Notes: generated by a model not told the origin, from the sequence alone. Numbered from the stretch's first letter, positions 39,904 to 51,742 are shown. The stretch is DNA of 64,000 bases from an uncultured Wenzhouxiangella sp. (GCA_913057255.1 CAJXNU010000001.1:5974-69973); one strand, 5' to 3'. Numbers and translations: made by a program.

Positions 39904-40917
39904 ATGCAGGCAAGAACTTTTCGATTCTGTTTGACGGCATGGCTGCTGGCGATGCCGGCCGCTTGGGCCAACGAATCGGAGTTGACTGTGAACCAGTGGC
40001 TTGACCGGATGAACCTCGCGGTTGAGAGTCTGGATTATCGGGGGACGTTGATACAGATCCGCGACGGTCGCATGGGATCTTTCGAAGTGATTCGTCGGGT
40101 AGACGATGACGGCATTCGAGAGCGTGTGTACGCGCTCGATGGTCCCCCACAAGAAATGATCCGTGAGGGCAATCAATTTCGATCCACCATTCAGGGCAAC
40201 CGCTCGAATTGGTTTTATTCAGATTTACAACAGCGCCTGATTCCTCATCAACCCATCAACCAAATGGCAGGTCTCAATGCCGCCTATGAGCTGAGATTGG
40301 GCGGGGTTGAGCGAATCGCGGGTTATCAGGCCCAGCGAATCGATATTTGGCCACGAGACGGTTTTCGTTATGGTCAACAGCTTTGGTTGGAACAACAAAC
40401 AGGCATGTTACTGCGATCAAGAATGCTCAATTCAAAAGGGCAGGTGTTGGCTGAGCAAGTATTTGTCACCATCGATCTGGGTGCCTCAATCAGTGACCGT
40501 GATCTTGAGCCGCAAACGGCCAGCGTATTTGATGCTCCAGCACAACAGCAGTGGTCGCAGAGTCAATCAGAAGAGAATCCAGAGGCCATTCGCATGAGTG
40601 GCTTGTTGCGTCCTTTGTGGGGCCCAAGGCAAGTTCCAGCGCACTTTCAATTGATTAATGCCGACCATGGCCGCAGTGATTTGGATTCTGCCTTTGACCA
40701 TTTGCTGTTCAGCGACGGGCTGACGAGTTTCTCAGTCTACATTGACCACGCGCCTGAGCAGGCTGTTGAAGCCCGGCTCAATGCGATGGGCACCGTGCAC
40801 GTGTTCACCGGCATGATGGGTCAGCGACAGTTCACCATCATGGGGCAGGTGCCTGCTCAAACCGTTGAGTTTGTTGGGCGGCAGTTTATGGCAGCGCCGA
40901 ACAGTCGTGGACGCTGA
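39904..40917 (+). CDS. rseB: sigmaE regulator RseB/MucB
   Basis: Signal peptide; DYRGT, LDGPPQE, ERIAG, P.DGFRYG, SDGL.SFSVYI. Confidence 0.88.
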   Translation: MQARTFRFCLTAWLLAMPAAWANESELTVNQWLDRMNLAVESLDYRGTLIQIRDGRMGSFEVIRRVDDDGIRERVYALDGPPQEMIREGNQFRSTIQGNRSNWFYSDLQQRLIPHQPINQMAGLNAAYELRLGGVERIAGYQAQRIDIWPRDGFRYGQQLWLEQQTGMLLRSRMLNSKGQVLAEQVFVTIDLGASISDRDLEPQTASVFDAPAQQQWSQSQSEENPEAIRMSGLLRPLWGPRQVPAHFQLINADHGRSDLDSAFDHLLFSDGLTSFSVYIDHAPEQAVEARLNAMGTVHVFTGMMGQRQFTIMGQVPAQTVEFVGRQFMAAPNSRGR

Positions 40918-40932
40918 GACTGTTGCAACTGG

Positions 40933-41451
40933 GTGGTCAAAGCCATGCACGAACACCAGCCTGATTTAGATAACACCGCAACTCACACCGCAGGCACTTA
41001 TCTTTGGCAATTGGGCCGCGTTCATGCGGTCGGGCAAGGACAGGCTCAAATTAAGTTTGATGCCACCACAAGCTGCGCGCAGTGTTTGGCTGGCAAGGGT
41101 TGTGGGGCGGGTGTTTTTGCAAAATTGTTCAACAACAAAGGTGCGGTGTTGACGGTGTCTGATGCGCCCGAATTGCAGGTGGGTCAGCCGGTCCGTGTCG
41201 GTGTTTTGCCGCGCGATTTATTGAAAGGCTCTTTGTGGCTGTACGCTTGGCCATTGTCTGTATTCTTGATCACCCTGCTCTTAGGCGGGTTCCTGTTCGG
41301 CGCAAGTTTTGCTGGATCGGGTGAGTGGCTGTTGTTGGGATTGGCTTTGGTCTTGAGTGCATTGGCGGTGAAGCTTGGAGAGACCTTGAGAACTCAGAAA
41401 ATGAACCCCATCGTTGTTCCGTGGTCTTGTAATCAGGAACATCTAGAATAA
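40933..41451 (+). CDS. rseC: RseC/MucC family membrane protein
   Basis: SCAQC....GCG, GQ.V.VG, LY.WPL, two TM segments; operon position. Confidence 0.8.
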   Translation: MVKAMHEHQPDLDNTATHTAGTYLWQLGRVHAVGQGQAQIKFDATTSCAQCLAGKGCGAGVFAKLFNNKGAVLTVSDAPELQVGQPVRVGVLPRDLLKGSLWLYAWPLSVFLITLLLGGFLFGASFAGSGEWLLLGLALVLSALAVKLGETLRTQKMNPIVVPWSCNQEHLE

Positions 41452-41471
41452 ATCCTCAATTTGGAGAGACT

Positions 41472-42908
41472 ATGAACGTGCAAATGAAGACATGGGTTGC
41501 TGCTTTTATTCTCACCTTGGGTGGTTTGCTCACGATTGCCTCAGAGGCGGCCACGCCGGTTGACTTCACTGATTTGGTCGAAGATTCCATACCGGCAGTC
41601 GTCAATATCGAAACACTTCGATTTGGCGAGCGTCCGCAAGAGACCAATCGCCAAGGCAATATGCCCGAAGGCATGCCTGAGGACATGCCGGAGTTTTTCC
41701 GTCGTTTTTTTGATTCTCCATTTGGGGGCGGTCGTCAGGGAGAGCCGGATCGTCGTGGGGGTGGATCTGGTTTCATCATCGAATCCGATGGCTTGATCGT
41801 GACCAATCACCACGTGATTGATGAGGCCGATGAAATTATCGTCCGCTTAGCCGATCGACGTGAGTTTGAGGCAACACTGGTTGGTTCTGACCCTCAGACT
41901 GATATTGCCATTTTGCAAATTGATGCCGATGACTTGCCCACGCTGGAGTTCGGGGATTCTGATGAGCTTCGCCAAGGTGAATGGGTGATAGCGATCGGAT
42001 CACCCTTCCAATTTGAGCAGTCGGTCACCGCGGGCATTGTGAGTGCCAAAGGCCGGTCGCAGGGTCAACAACAATACGTGCCCTTTATCCAATCGGATGT
42101 TGCCATCAATCGGGGCAACTCGGGTGGTCCACTGATTCGCACCGATGGCACCGTGGTGGGCATCAACTCTTGGATTTTGAGCTCCAGTGGGGGCAACATC
42201 GGCCTATCTTTTTCTATACCCACCGAGGTGGCGAAAAACTCCATTGAGCAATTGCTTGAGTCCGGTCGTGTCTCTCGGGGTTATTTGGGTGTGGGCATCG
42301 AAGTGGTCACCCGTGAGAAGGCCGATGCGCTCGGGCTGGAACGTCCAGCCGGCGCCCTAGTCAATCGCGTGGAGGCCGATAGCGCAGCTGCTGAGGCAGG
42401 CATTGAGGTGGGTGATGTGATCTTATCGTTCAACGGCCGCCCAGTCGATGTGTTTTCTGAGTTACCGCCCTTGGTGGGTTTGGTGCCACCGGGTGAGCGC
42501 GCTGAGGTTGAAATCTTTAGATGGGGCGATCGTCAGACACTTGAGGTGGTGGTTCGCCAACTCGATGAGGCCGAGCTCTTAGCCGCTGAGGATGATGATG
42601 TGGACATCGAGCCCACCAATGCACTGGGTTTGGTGGTTGAGCCCATCACTGATGATGCCACTCGGCGTCAATTGGGCGATCCAGAAGGTGGCGTGGTCAT
42701 TACCCGGGTGGAGAGCGATTCAGCGTATCGCCAGGGCATTCGTGCAGGTCTTGTTATCTTGATGATCAATAACCAGTCGGTCGCCGATCTGGATGCTTTC
42801 AACGCCATTGTTGAGGACATTGAGCCTGGTCGCCCTGTGGCCTTATTGCTACAGCGCCCCAACGGCGCGACCACCTTTGTTGCTTATACCCCTGAGGTGG
42901 AAGAGTAG
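41472..42908 (+). CDS. degP: DegP/DegQ (MucD-like) periplasmic serine endoprotease
   Basis: GSGFII, TNHHV, TDIA, INRGNSGGPL, two PDZ domains. Confidence 0.92.
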   Translation: MNVQMKTWVAAFILTLGGLLTIASEAATPVDFTDLVEDSIPAVVNIETLRFGERPQETNRQGNMPEGMPEDMPEFFRRFFDSPFGGGRQGEPDRRGGGSGFIIESDGLIVTNHHVIDEADEIIVRLADRREFEATLVGSDPQTDIAILQIDADDLPTLEFGDSDELRQGEWVIAIGSPFQFEQSVTAGIVSAKGRSQGQQQYVPFIQSDVAINRGNSGGPLIRTDGTVVGINSWILSSSGGNIGLSFSIPTEVAKNSIEQLLESGRVSRGYLGVGIEVVTREKADALGLERPAGALVNRVEADSAAAEAGIEVGDVILSFNGRPVDVFSELPPLVGLVPPGERAEVEIFRWGDRQTLEVVVRQLDEAELLAAEDDDVDIEPTNALGLVVEPITDDATRRQLGDPEGGVVITRVESDSAYRQGIRAGLVILMINNQSVADLDAFNAIVEDIEPGRPVALLLQRPNGATTFVAYTPEVEE

Positions 42909-42943
42909 CTCACACAAAGGGCCTATAATATTGGCTAACACTG

Positions 42944-42976
42944 AGCCACCCGACCCGTGGGTTGGGTGGCTTTTTT
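42944..42976 (+). terminator. Terminator after the rpoE-degP operon
   Basis: AGCCACCCGACC-cgtg-GGTTGGGTGGCT (one G.U pair) followed by a T run. Confidence 0.75.
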
Positions 42977-43014
42977 GAATAGAACACTGCCACTTTAGAT
43001 GGGCCCAACACTGC

Positions 43015-44820
43015 ATGAGTCAGACACAAAAGATCCGCAACTTCTCCATCATTGCGCACGTAGATCATGGCAAGTCCACCTTGGCGGATCGATTCATTCA
43101 ACTCTGCGGGGGCTTGACCGAACGTGAGATGGCCGAGCAGGTGCTCGACTCGATGGATATCGAGCGTGAGCGAGGCATCACCATCAAAGCACAAAGCGTC
43201 ACGCTCAACTACACCGCCAGTGATGGCGAGACCTACCAACTCAATTTCATCGACACGCCAGGGCATGTGGATTTTTCATATGAAGTCTCTCGGTCGTTGG
43301 CTGCATGCGAAGGTGCTTTGTTGATCGTGGATGCAGCCCAAGGGGTAGAAGCCCAAAGCGTGGCCAACTGCTACACCGCCGTTGAGCAAGGTCTTGAAGT
43401 GATACCTGTGATTAACAAGATCGATTTGCCAGCGGCCGAACCTGAGCGCGTGCAACATCAGATTGAAGACATCATCGGGATTGATGCCAGCGATGCTTTG
43501 ATGGTCAGTGCAAAAACGGGCTTGGGTGTGGAGGCGGTGCTTGAAGCGATTGTGCAACGCATTCCACCCCCCAAAGAGGCTTCCAATGAGCCTCTGCAGG
43601 CACTCATCATCGATTCTTGGTTCGACAACTACCTAGGCGTCAATTCATTGGTGCGCATCAAAAGCGGAACGCTGAAAAAAGGTGAGAAAATCCGCATCAT
43701 GTCCACGGGTGAGGAGCATCCAGCCGATCAGATCGGGATTTTTACGCCCAAGCGGACACCGAGCCAAGCGCTGGGCTGTGGTCAGGTTGGATTTGTCGCT
43801 GCGGGCATCAAGGAAGTCAACGGTGCGCCAGTGGGCGATACGATCACTTCCACTGCGCATCCTGCCTCATCACCTTTGCCTGGTTTCAAAAAGCTCCAGC
43901 CAAGAGTGTTTGCAGGCATCTTCCCTGTGGACTCATCCGACTATCCCGATCTTAGAGAAGCGCTCGATAAACTCCAGCTCAATGACTCAGCGCTCAATTA
44001 TGAACCCGAGACATCGGTCGCGCTGGGTTTTGGGTTCCGCTGCGGGTTTTTGGGCATGCTCCACATGGAGATTGTGCAAGAACGCCTAGAGCGCGAATAC
44101 GATCTTGATTTGATCACAACAGCACCCACTGTGATCTATGAACTTGAGCTCACCGATGGGGAGATCACCTACTTAGATAACCCAGCGAGCTTACCGCCGG
44201 TCAATAAAATCAAAGAAATTCGGGAGCCCATCATTCGAGCCAACATCTTGGTTCCACAAGACTATGTGGGGGCTGTGATTGGCTTGTGCGAGGAGAAACG
44301 CGGCCACCAAGCTGATATGCGTTTTTTGGGCGGTCAGGTGCAGCTGAGCTATGAGTTGCCCATGGCTGAGGTGGTGATGGACTTTTTTGATCGCCTTAAA
44401 TCCTGCAGTCGAGGCTTTGCCTCATTCGAGTATGATTTTGTTCGCCATCAAGCAGGTCCCTTTGTCCGTCTTGATCTCTTAATCAATGGCGAGAAGGTCG
44501 ATGCCCTAAGCTCGATTGTGCATCGGGATTTGGCCGACCGTCGAGGCAGGGAACTGGCTGAGCGGATGCGCGAGCTGATCCCACGGCAGATGTTTGATAT
44601 CGCCATCCAAGCAGCCATTGGTTCGCATGTGATTGCGCGCTCCACAGTCAAGGCCTATCGTAAAAATGTGACAGCCAAATGCTATGGCGGTGATGTGACC
44701 AGAAAGCGTAAGCTTTTAGAGAAACAAAAAGCAGGTAAGCGACGCATGAAGCAGGTGGGGCGCATTGAGATTCCACAGGAAGCCTTTTTGGCGGTGTTGC
44801 GAACAGACAATGACAAATAA
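43015..44820 (+). CDS. lepA: Elongation factor 4
   Basis: [49 protein letters not shown]. Confidence 0.97.
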   Translation: MSQTQKIRNFSIIAHVDHGKSTLADRFIQLCGGLTEREMAEQVLDSMDIERERGITIKAQSVTLNYTASDGETYQLNFIDTPGHVDFSYEVSRSLAACEGALLIVDAAQGVEAQSVANCYTAVEQGLEVIPVINKIDLPAAEPERVQHQIEDIIGIDASDALMVSAKTGLGVEAVLEAIVQRIPPPKEASNEPLQALIIDSWFDNYLGVNSLVRIKSGTLKKGEKIRIMSTGEEHPADQIGIFTPKRTPSQALGCGQVGFVAAGIKEVNGAPVGDTITSTAHPASSPLPGFKKLQPRVFAGIFPVDSSDYPDLREALDKLQLNDSALNYEPETSVALGFGFRCGFLGMLHMEIVQERLEREYDLDLITTAPTVIYELELTDGEITYLDNPASLPPVNKIKEIREPIIRANILVPQDYVGAVIGLCEEKRGHQADMRFLGGQVQLSYELPMAEVVMDFFDRLKSCSRGFASFEYDFVRHQAGPFVRLDLLINGEKVDALSSIVHRDLADRRGRELAERMRELIPRQMFDIAIQAAIGSHVIARSTVKAYRKNVTAKCYGGDVTRKRKLLEKQKAGKRRMKQVGRIEIPQEAFLAVLRTDNDK

Positions 44821-44845
44821 AAAATCAAAAAAACGGGTGATTTAG

Positions 44846-45622
44846 ATGAACTATTCACTGATACTCACCGGCCTGATGTTGGCCAGCGGTTTAATGTGGC
44901 TGGCTTACTTTGTCTGGCTAAAGCTCGACCAGACGGCCGAGAACAAATCACTGGTCCGTTGGCTGGGCACCCTGGGCTCACTGTTTCCGGTGTTGTTCAT
45001 TGTGGTCACTGTGCGCTCGTTTGTCTTTGAGCCTTTTAAGATTCCCTCGGGTTCGATGATGCCTACGCTGCTGATTGGCGATTTCATCGTCGTCAATAAA
45101 TATAGCTATGGGCTGCGTCTGCCGGTGGGCAACGCCAAAATTCTTGAGGTGGGTGACCCTGAGCGAGGGGATGTGGTGGTGTTCCGATACCCTGAGGATC
45201 CTGACGTCAATTACATCAAACGTGTGGTGGGTTTGCCGGGCGATGAGGTGACCTACCGGAACAAAGTGGTCTTCATTAATGGTGAGCCAATGCCCCAAGA
45301 ACAGGTGGGGATGTGGATCGGTGAGGGACGCAATAGAAACCCACCCGGGCGCCGGCCACAACTATTCGAGGAGAGTTTGGGCGATGTGGATCACCAGATC
45401 GTGATCTATCCAGACTCTCCTGGGCGACCCACGCAAACGTGGACGGTGCCTGAGGGCCATTATTTTGTCTTAGGTGACAATCGTGACCAGTCATTGGATT
45501 CTAGGGCGTGGGACTTTGTGCCAGAGGAAAATCTGGTGGGCAAAGCCACTCGAATCTGGATGCACTGGGATTGTTCTATTGGTTGTGTGGGCTGGGATCG
45601 CATTGGCAAAGCCATTGAATAG
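44846..45622 (+). CDS. lepB: Signal peptidase I
   Basis: IPSGSMMPTL, NYIKRVVGLPGD, GDNRDQS.DSR. Confidence 0.95.
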   Translation: MNYSLILTGLMLASGLMWLAYFVWLKLDQTAENKSLVRWLGTLGSLFPVLFIVVTVRSFVFEPFKIPSGSMMPTLLIGDFIVVNKYSYGLRLPVGNAKILEVGDPERGDVVVFRYPEDPDVNYIKRVVGLPGDEVTYRNKVVFINGEPMPQEQVGMWIGEGRNRNPPGRRPQLFEESLGDVDHQIVIYPDSPGRPTQTWTVPEGHYFVLGDNRDQSLDSRAWDFVPEENLVGKATRIWMHWDCSIGCVGWDRIGKAIE

Positions 45623-46286
45623 AATCGACGGCATTGATCATGTGTTTGGCAATGAGCGCTTGTTGCATCAGGCGCTCACCCATCGAAGTTTTGGTGCTCC
45701 TCACTATGAGCGGCTGGAGTTTTTGGGGGATAGCTTGTTGAACTTGGTCGCCGCTGACCTGCTGTGGAAAGCCCATCCGCATGCCACGGAAGGTGACTTG
45801 AGTCGACTTCGCTCTCGGCTGGTACGAGATGCCACATTGGCAGAAATTGCCAAGGAGCTGGAGTTGAGCCAGTCACTCAAGCTCGGCATTGGGGAGAAAA
45901 AAAGCGGCGGGTTCTGTCGTGAGTCCATATTGGCCGACGTCGTTGAGGCACTCATTGGTGCGGTGTATCTCGATGCTGGATTTGACCGCGCCTACGCGGT
46001 GGTGTCTGATTTATTGGCCACGCGCTTGGCCAAGTTGCCACCGGCAGACACCCTAAAAGATCCAAAGACCAAGTTACAGGAGCATTTGCAAGGCCAAGGC
46101 GTCTCATTGCCCGAATATCAAGTGCTTGAAGAACACGGTGCCGACCATGCCAAAGAGTTTGTGGTGTCTTGTTCTGTCGAGGGTCCTTGGTCACCCACAA
46201 AAGCGCGCGCGTCCAATCGGCGAAAAGCCGAGCAGATCGCCGCGGATTTGATGTTGAAGCAGATTTTATCTGGCAATAAGACATGA
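45615..46286 (+). CDS. rnc: Ribonuclease III; start probably TTG 45615
   Basis: ALTHRS, ERLEFLGDS, ADVVEALIGAVYLD, dsRBD DPKTKLQE. Confidence 0.93.
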   Translation: MNRIDGIDHVFGNERLLHQALTHRSFGAPHYERLEFLGDSLLNLVAADLLWKAHPHATEGDLSRLRSRLVRDATLAEIAKELELSQSLKLGIGEKKSGGFCRESILADVVEALIGAVYLDAGFDRAYAVVSDLLATRLAKLPPADTLKDPKTKLQEHLQGQGVSLPEYQVLEEHGADHAKEFVVSCSVEGPWSPTKARASNRRKAEQIAADLMLKQILSGNKT

Positions 46287-47188
46287 CCGAGTCCATGACA
46301 GAGCAACACTTCGGCTATGTCGCACTCATTGGTCGCCCCAATGTGGGCAAGTCCACGCTGATCAATGCGCTCATCGGCGAAGATGTTGCCATTGTGACCC
46401 ATAAACCCCAAACCACTCGCCACTCCATTCGGGGCTGGATCACAGAAGACAGAGGTCAGGCCGTGTTTGTTGACACGCCTGGCCTGCACTCGGAAAAAAG
46501 TCACGCCTTGAATCAGCGATTGAATCGCGTGGCCACAGCGAGTCTTTCCGATGTCGATGTCATCGTCATGGTGGTGGATGCCAACCGGTGGACGCCAGAT
46601 GATGAGCGCGTGTTGGCCAAGCTGTCGCGTTTTACCAATGCAAAGAAGATCCTAGCTTTTAACAAAATTGATCAGCTGGGCGATCGATCGGTCTTGCTCG
46701 AAAAAACCAAAGAATTGATGGGTCAGTGCGCGTTTGATGCGGTGGTCTATTTCAGCGCCAAAACAAAGCGTGGCATTAACACCTTGCTTGATGAGGTCTT
46801 CGCTGTCTTGCCGGTGGGCGCGCCAGTTTATCCAGCCGATCAATTCACCGACCGGTCAGTGCGGTTTTTAGTCGCTGAAATCATTCGTGAGCAATTGATG
46901 TTGCAATTGCATCAAGAAATCCCCTATGGCTTGACGGTGGTGATTGAAGCCTATGATGACTCGCCCAAGCGCGCCGTGATTTCTGCATTGATCGTTGTGG
47001 GTGAGGACCGCCATAAAGGCATGGTGATTGGTCAAAAGGGCTCGGTGCTCAAACGCGTGGGGACGCAGGCCAGATTAAAGATTGAACAATTGGTGGATAA
47101 GCCCGTGCATTTAGATTTGCATGTCAAGACGCGTGCAGGCTGGATGGATGATGAGCGTGAACTCGATCAATTGGGTTATGCCCAGTAG
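46283..47188 (+). CDS. era: GTPase Era
   Basis: GRPNVGKSTL, PQTTR, DTPG, NKID, KH domain VIGQKG. Confidence 0.95.
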   Translation: MTESMTEQHFGYVALIGRPNVGKSTLINALIGEDVAIVTHKPQTTRHSIRGWITEDRGQAVFVDTPGLHSEKSHALNQRLNRVATASLSDVDVIVMVVDANRWTPDDERVLAKLSRFTNAKKILAFNKIDQLGDRSVLLEKTKELMGQCAFDAVVYFSAKTKRGINTLLDEVFAVLPVGAPVYPADQFTDRSVRFLVAEIIREQLMLQLHQEIPYGLTVVIEAYDDSPKRAVISALIVVGEDRHKGMVIGQKGSVLKRVGTQARLKIEQLVDKPVHLDLHVKTRAGWMDDERELDQLGYAQ

Positions 47189-47190
47189 CC

Positions 47191-47928
47191 ATGGCTGCAA
47201 TTGAAACCATCGACGGCTACGTGTTGCATCGAAGACCGTGGCGAGAGTCCAGCCTGTTGATTGACTGTTTCAGCCGGACCCACGGTCGCATTGGGCTGGT
47301 GGCTAGAGGCGGTCGGTCTGACCGATCACCCTGGCGGGGTTTGATCGAGCCATTCATGCCTTTATCGATCCGTTTTGTCCAAAAGGGCGAGATGGGGACC
47401 GTGCGCGATATTGAAGCACTCGGAGATCGCGTGATGCTCAATGGCGAGGCACTGATGTGTGGCCTCTACGCCAACGAGTTGCTGTTGTGCCTAATTGATC
47501 GTCAAGAAGCGGTGTCTGAGTTATTTGGTCACTACGAAGCGTTAATCTCTGGGTTGGCTGCAGTCGACACACGCATGGCAGTCCTCAGGCGCTTTGAGTG
47601 GCAGCTGCTCACCGCATTGGGTGTCGCGCCGAGTCTCACCCATGACGCCCAAGGGGGGCAGGTAATCGAGCAGGGCAAGCGCTATCGTTTGGAACCAGAG
47701 GCCGGATTTGTTGAGGATTTTGTAGAAAACAAAAGGATGGTTGATGGCCAGGCGATCGTTTGGTTGGCTGGCCTCATGCGGTCGTCACCTGAGCATGATT
47801 CAATAGCTGGGGGCATGGCAGGAACCGATACGCTAAAACAAGCGCGATGGATCACGCGCACCTTGATTGATCATCAGTTGGGTGGTCGGACACTGAAAAC
47901 ACGAGAGATGATGAGGGCATTGAGATGA
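47191..47928 (+). CDS. recO: DNA repair protein RecO
   Basis: [30 protein letters not shown]; follows era. Confidence 0.9.
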   Translation: MAAIETIDGYVLHRRPWRESSLLIDCFSRTHGRIGLVARGGRSDRSPWRGLIEPFMPLSIRFVQKGEMGTVRDIEALGDRVMLNGEALMCGLYANELLLCLIDRQEAVSELFGHYEALISGLAAVDTRMAVLRRFEWQLLTALGVAPSLTHDAQGGQVIEQGKRYRLEPEAGFVEDFVENKRMVDGQAIVWLAGLMRSSPEHDSIAGGMAGTDTLKQARWITRTLIDHQLGGRTLKTREMMRALR

Positions 47929-48653
47929 ACAATCTAAAATTGGGTGTCAATATCGATCACGTGGCTACCCTTAGACAAGCACGTGGCACCAGCTATCCAT
48001 CGATCACGGAGGCGGCCCGATTGGCTGAGGCTGGTGGCGCGGATTTGATCACGATCCATCTCAGAGAAGATCGTCGTCATATTCAAGACCACGACGTGGA
48101 GGACTTGTCTCGAAGCTTAACCACGCGCATGAACCTTGAGATGGCCATCACCGACGAGATGATTGAGCTCGCCACACGCATTCGTCCAGCCGATGTGTGT
48201 TTGGTGCCAGAAAAAAGGGCAGAGCTCACCACCGAGGGTGGATTGGATGTTCAGTCGGGATTGGCTCGCGTGAGCTCGGCCTGCGAGCGCTTGAGTCAAG
48301 CAGGCTGTCGTGTCAGTCTTTTTATTGACCCGGATGTGGAACAGATCCAAGCGGCGGCAGCAGCGGGTGCGCCGGTGATTGAACTTCACACCGGCGATTA
48401 TGCCGATGCCAGAGGTGATGAACAAATCGAGGCCTTGCGACGGATCGAAGCGGCCGCTCGACATGCACAAGCACTTGGTCTCCAAGTCAACGCAGGTCAT
48501 GGCCTGACATTAGACAACGTGGCAGCGATCGCAGCCATCCCAGGCATGTGCGAGCTCAACATTGGGCATTCCATTATTGCGCGTGCAGTTTTTGTGGGTC
48601 TAAAAGAAGCGGTGGCAGAAATGCGCCAAGCCATGCTGGCTGCCGTGAGCTAG
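47925..48653 (+). CDS. pdxJ: Pyridoxine 5'-phosphate synthase
   Basis: [46 protein letters not shown]. Confidence 0.96.
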   Translation: MNNLKLGVNIDHVATLRQARGTSYPSITEAARLAEAGGADLITIHLREDRRHIQDHDVEDLSRSLTTRMNLEMAITDEMIELATRIRPADVCLVPEKRAELTTEGGLDVQSGLARVSSACERLSQAGCRVSLFIDPDVEQIQAAAAAGAPVIELHTGDYADARGDEQIEALRRIEAAARHAQALGLQVNAGHGLTLDNVAAIAAIPGMCELNIGHSIIARAVFVGLKEAVAEMRQAMLAAVS

Positions 48654-49921
48654 TCCTCAATCTCTGTATCGAGCACGCGCAGTTGCACTGTACGGATGCG
48701 ATTGTCTGCCAAATCCGCAATCGTCATGCGATGGGCGCCGATGGTCAGGCAAGTCTCCCCTTCAGGCAGTGACTCTAGGTGCTCCAAGATCAACCCGTTT
48801 AAGGTATTGGCATCGCTGGTGGGGAACTCAAGGTCCAACTGACGATTGAGCATGCGCAAAGAGGCGCTGCCATCAATGAGGTAGCTACCATCTTGAAGTT
48901 TTCTGATTTTCCGTTGGGGCACCAGTCCTTCGGTGGTGTATTCACCCACAATCTCTTCTAAAATGTCATCGAGCGTGACCAGTCCCTGAATGTCACCGTA
49001 CTCATCCACCACCACGCCCAAGCGACGCTCTCGGCTCTGAAACTCCAGAAGCTGCTGAGTCAGCGTGGTCCCTTCAGGAATGAAATAGGGCGAGCGGGTG
49101 GCCTTTAAGAGGCTCTCTTTATCCAACAAGCCCTTAGAGAGCCTCGGGAGCACCGAGCGGACATGCAGCAAGCCCAACATGTTTTCAAGATCGCCTTCCC
49201 AAACCGGGAGTCGGGTATGGACGGTTTGGGACAGGCGCTCAATTGTCTCTTCCCACGGCTCTGCCAGATCAATGCCGACAATGTCTTGTCTTGGGACCAT
49301 GACATCTTCGATCGAGCCATGTTCGAGATCGAGGATGTTGAGCAGCATCTGTTGATGATCTGATGAGATGTGGCGCGCACTCTCTTGCAATACCACGCGA
49401 AGCTCTTCGCGACTCAAAGCCTCGTGTTGAGTGTTCGCCGATTTCACGCCAAACGGCCGTAAAAACACAGAAGCGACCAAGTTGATCAGCCACACCACGG
49501 GATAGAGGAATTTGAGCAGTGGGGCCAGAACCAGACTGGCGGGATAGGCAATGCGCTGCGGGTACATCGCCGCCAGAGTCTTGGGCATCAGCTCTGCAAA
49601 AATCAACACGATCAAAGTTAGCACCAATGTGGAGACCCACACACCGGCCTCACCAAGCAATCGCAGAGCGATCACCGTTGCAATGGAGGCGGCCATGATG
49701 TTGACCAAGTTGTTGCCCAACAAAATCAAGCCAAACATCCGATCGGGTTTGGATAGAAGCGTCTGCGCCAGTTTCGCTCCTCGGTGTCCGGCTTTGACAT
49801 GATGGCGTAGGCGATAGCGGTTCAGCGCCACCAAACCGGTCTCGGAGCTGGAGAAAAAGGCCGATAGGACAATCAATAAAACCAGCAACCCCAGGAGGGT
49901 CGATAAGGGAATCTCAGCCAT
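48650..49921 (-). CDS. HlyC/CorC (CNNM/DUF21-CBS-CorC) family protein; start probably ATG 49921
   Basis: [30 protein letters not shown] pair, [23 protein letters not shown]. Confidence 0.9.
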   Translation of the reverse strand: MAEIPLSTLLGLLVLLIVLSAFFSSSETGLVALNRYRLRHHVKAGHRGAKLAQTLLSKPDRMFGLILLGNNLVNIMAASIATVIALRLLGEAGVWVSTLVLTLIVLIFAELMPKTLAAMYPQRIAYPASLVLAPLLKFLYPVVWLINLVASVFLRPFGVKSANTQHEALSREELRVVLQESARHISSDHQQMLLNILDLEHGSIEDVMVPRQDIVGIDLAEPWEETIERLSQTVHTRLPVWEGDLENMLGLLHVRSVLPRLSKGLLDKESLLKATRSPYFIPEGTTLTQQLLEFQSRERRLGVVVDEYGDIQGLVTLDDILEEIVGEYTTEGLVPQRKIRKLQDGSYLIDGSASLRMLNRQLDLEFPTSDANTLNGLILEHLESLPEGETCLTIGAHRMTIADLADNRIRTVQLRVLDTEIED

Positions 49922-50002
49922 GTTTAGTTCGGCGGGAGTTGCCAAGTTGTGTTCATCGCTTGAGTATAATCAAGATTGACCAACCAAACCAAAGCAAAAA
50001 TC

Positions 50003-51379
50003 ATGTTTGACCAGCTCAGTCAACGGCTATCACAATCTCTAGACCGCCTAAGAAGCGGGGGTCGTCTCACTGAGGCCAACATTCAAGAGACCCTGAGGGA
50101 AGTGCGCATTGCCCTGTTGGAAGCCGATGTGGCGCTTCCCGTGGTCCGTCAATTCATTGAGCAGACCAAAGAGCGAGCCGTTGGGCAAGAGGTTTTGGGG
50201 GCACTGAAGCCTGGACAGGCCATGGTCAAGGTGGTCCACGAAGAGCTTCAGCGCGCGCTCGGGCAGGCACAAGTGCCACTCAATCTGGCCAAGCAAGCGC
50301 CGGTGGTCATCTTATTGGCGGGCTTGCAGGGTGCGGGTAAAACGACCACCGCTGGCAAATTGGCTCAGTGGCTCGGTGAGCGCGAGAAAAAACGCGTGAT
50401 GGTGGCCAGCTGTGATCGCTACCGCCCAGCTGCGATCGATCAACTAGAAACGCTCGCTGGCCAAGTGGGCTGTGGGTTTTACAGGGCGAGCCAAAGCGAC
50501 GATGCGGTGGCGATGGCGCGTGAGGCGCTCGAACACGCCAAAAAGCAGTTCAGTGATGTATTGATTGTGGATACCGCCGGTCGCTTGGCCGTCGATGAGG
50601 CCATGATGGCCGAAATTCAGGCAATCCACCAAGCCATTGACCCGGCTGAGGTCTTGTTTGTGGTCGATGCCATGACCGGACAAGATGCGGCCAATACAGC
50701 CAAAGCATTCAATGACGCGCTGCCCTTGTCTGGGGTGGTGCTGACCAAAACCGATGGCGATGCGCGCGGCGGGGCGGCTTTGTCGGTGGCGACGATTACT
50801 GGCGCGCCCATCAAGTTTCTCGGGATTGGCGAAAAGCTCGACGGCTTAGAGGCTTTCCACCCAGACCGGCTGGCCTCGCGCATCCTCGGCATGGGCGATG
50901 TGTTGAGCCTGGTTGAGGAAGTCGAGAGAAAGGTCGACCAGAAAAAAGCCAAGAAATTGGCGACCAAAACGGGCAAGGGGGCCAAGCGGTTTGGCCTCGA
51001 TGATATGAAAGAGCAGCTTCAACAAATGGAGTCCATGGGGGGCATGGGGGCCATGCTTGATAAATTGCCGGGCATGGGACAGATTCCAGAGGCGGCCAAA
51101 GCCCAGCTCAACGATCGTCAGAACAAGCGCATGATCGCCATCATCAACTCCATGACGCCCAAAGAACGGCGCTACCCAGACATCATCAATGGCTCGAGAA
51201 AGCGTCGGATTGCCAATGGTTCTGGCGCCGATATCCAAACCGTGAATAAGTTGCTCAAGCAGCATCGGCAGATGCAAAAAATGATGAAAAAAGCGGGCAG
51301 CAAAGTGGCGATGGCCAAATTGTTGAAGCGCCTGCCGGGTGGCGGCTTGCCGGGCGGCGGGGGTCCATTCGGCCCATAA
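50003..51379 (+). CDS. ffh: Signal recognition particle protein; start ATG 50003
   Basis: GLQGAGKTTT, DTAGRL, TKTDGDARGGAALS, Met-rich M domain IINSMT.KER. Confidence 0.96.
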   Translation: MFDQLSQRLSQSLDRLRSGGRLTEANIQETLREVRIALLEADVALPVVRQFIEQTKERAVGQEVLGALKPGQAMVKVVHEELQRALGQAQVPLNLAKQAPVVILLAGLQGAGKTTTAGKLAQWLGEREKKRVMVASCDRYRPAAIDQLETLAGQVGCGFYRASQSDDAVAMAREALEHAKKQFSDVLIVDTAGRLAVDEAMMAEIQAIHQAIDPAEVLFVVDAMTGQDAANTAKAFNDALPLSGVVLTKTDGDARGGAALSVATITGAPIKFLGIGEKLDGLEAFHPDRLASRILGMGDVLSLVEEVERKVDQKKAKKLATKTGKGAKRFGLDDMKEQLQQMESMGGMGAMLDKLPGMGQIPEAAKAQLNDRQNKRMIAIINSMTPKERRYPDIINGSRKRRIANGSGADIQTVNKLLKQHRQMQKMMKKAGSKVAMAKLLKRLPGGGLPGGGGPFGP

Positions 51380-51481
51380 CCGCAAAAAAGCTTTATTTAC
51401 TTGAATTTTTTCGGTAAAATGGCGTGTTTCGTGTAGCCAGCCCGTGTGTGACTGGTCTCATTTGAAGATGGAGCAATTTGG

Positions 51482-51742
51482 ATGGTCAAGATTCGTTTAA
51501 GCCGTGGTGGCGCTAAAAAGCACCCGTACTACCACATTGTGGTCACCGATAGCCGGTCGCGTCGTGATGGCCGCAACATCGAGCGCGTGGGTTTCTTCAA
51601 CCCAGTGGCTCGCGGTCAAGAAGAGCGTCTGCGGGTCAATACCGCCCGCGTTGATCACTGGATCAACCAAGGTGCGCAGCTCTCTGAGCGTGTTCAACAC
51701 CTCATCGTTGAGGCGCGTAAGGCCGCTCAAGCGGCAGCCTAA
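51482..51742 (+). CDS. rpsP: 30S ribosomal protein S16
   Basis: [36 protein letters not shown]. Confidence 0.97.
   Translation: MVKIRLSRGGAKKHPYYHIVVTDSRSRRDGRNIERVGFFNPVARGQEERLRVNTARVDHWINQGAQLSERVQHLIVEARKAAQAAA

Noticed and set aside
42924-42976. TATAAT just upstream of the terminator hairpin before lepA, as a possible attenuator
   Set aside because: No -35 or extended -10 element; the hairpin is adequately explained as the degP operon terminator.
45474-45614. N-terminal extension of the rnc ORF
   Set aside because: It lies inside lepB; the RNase III fold starts around TTG 45615.
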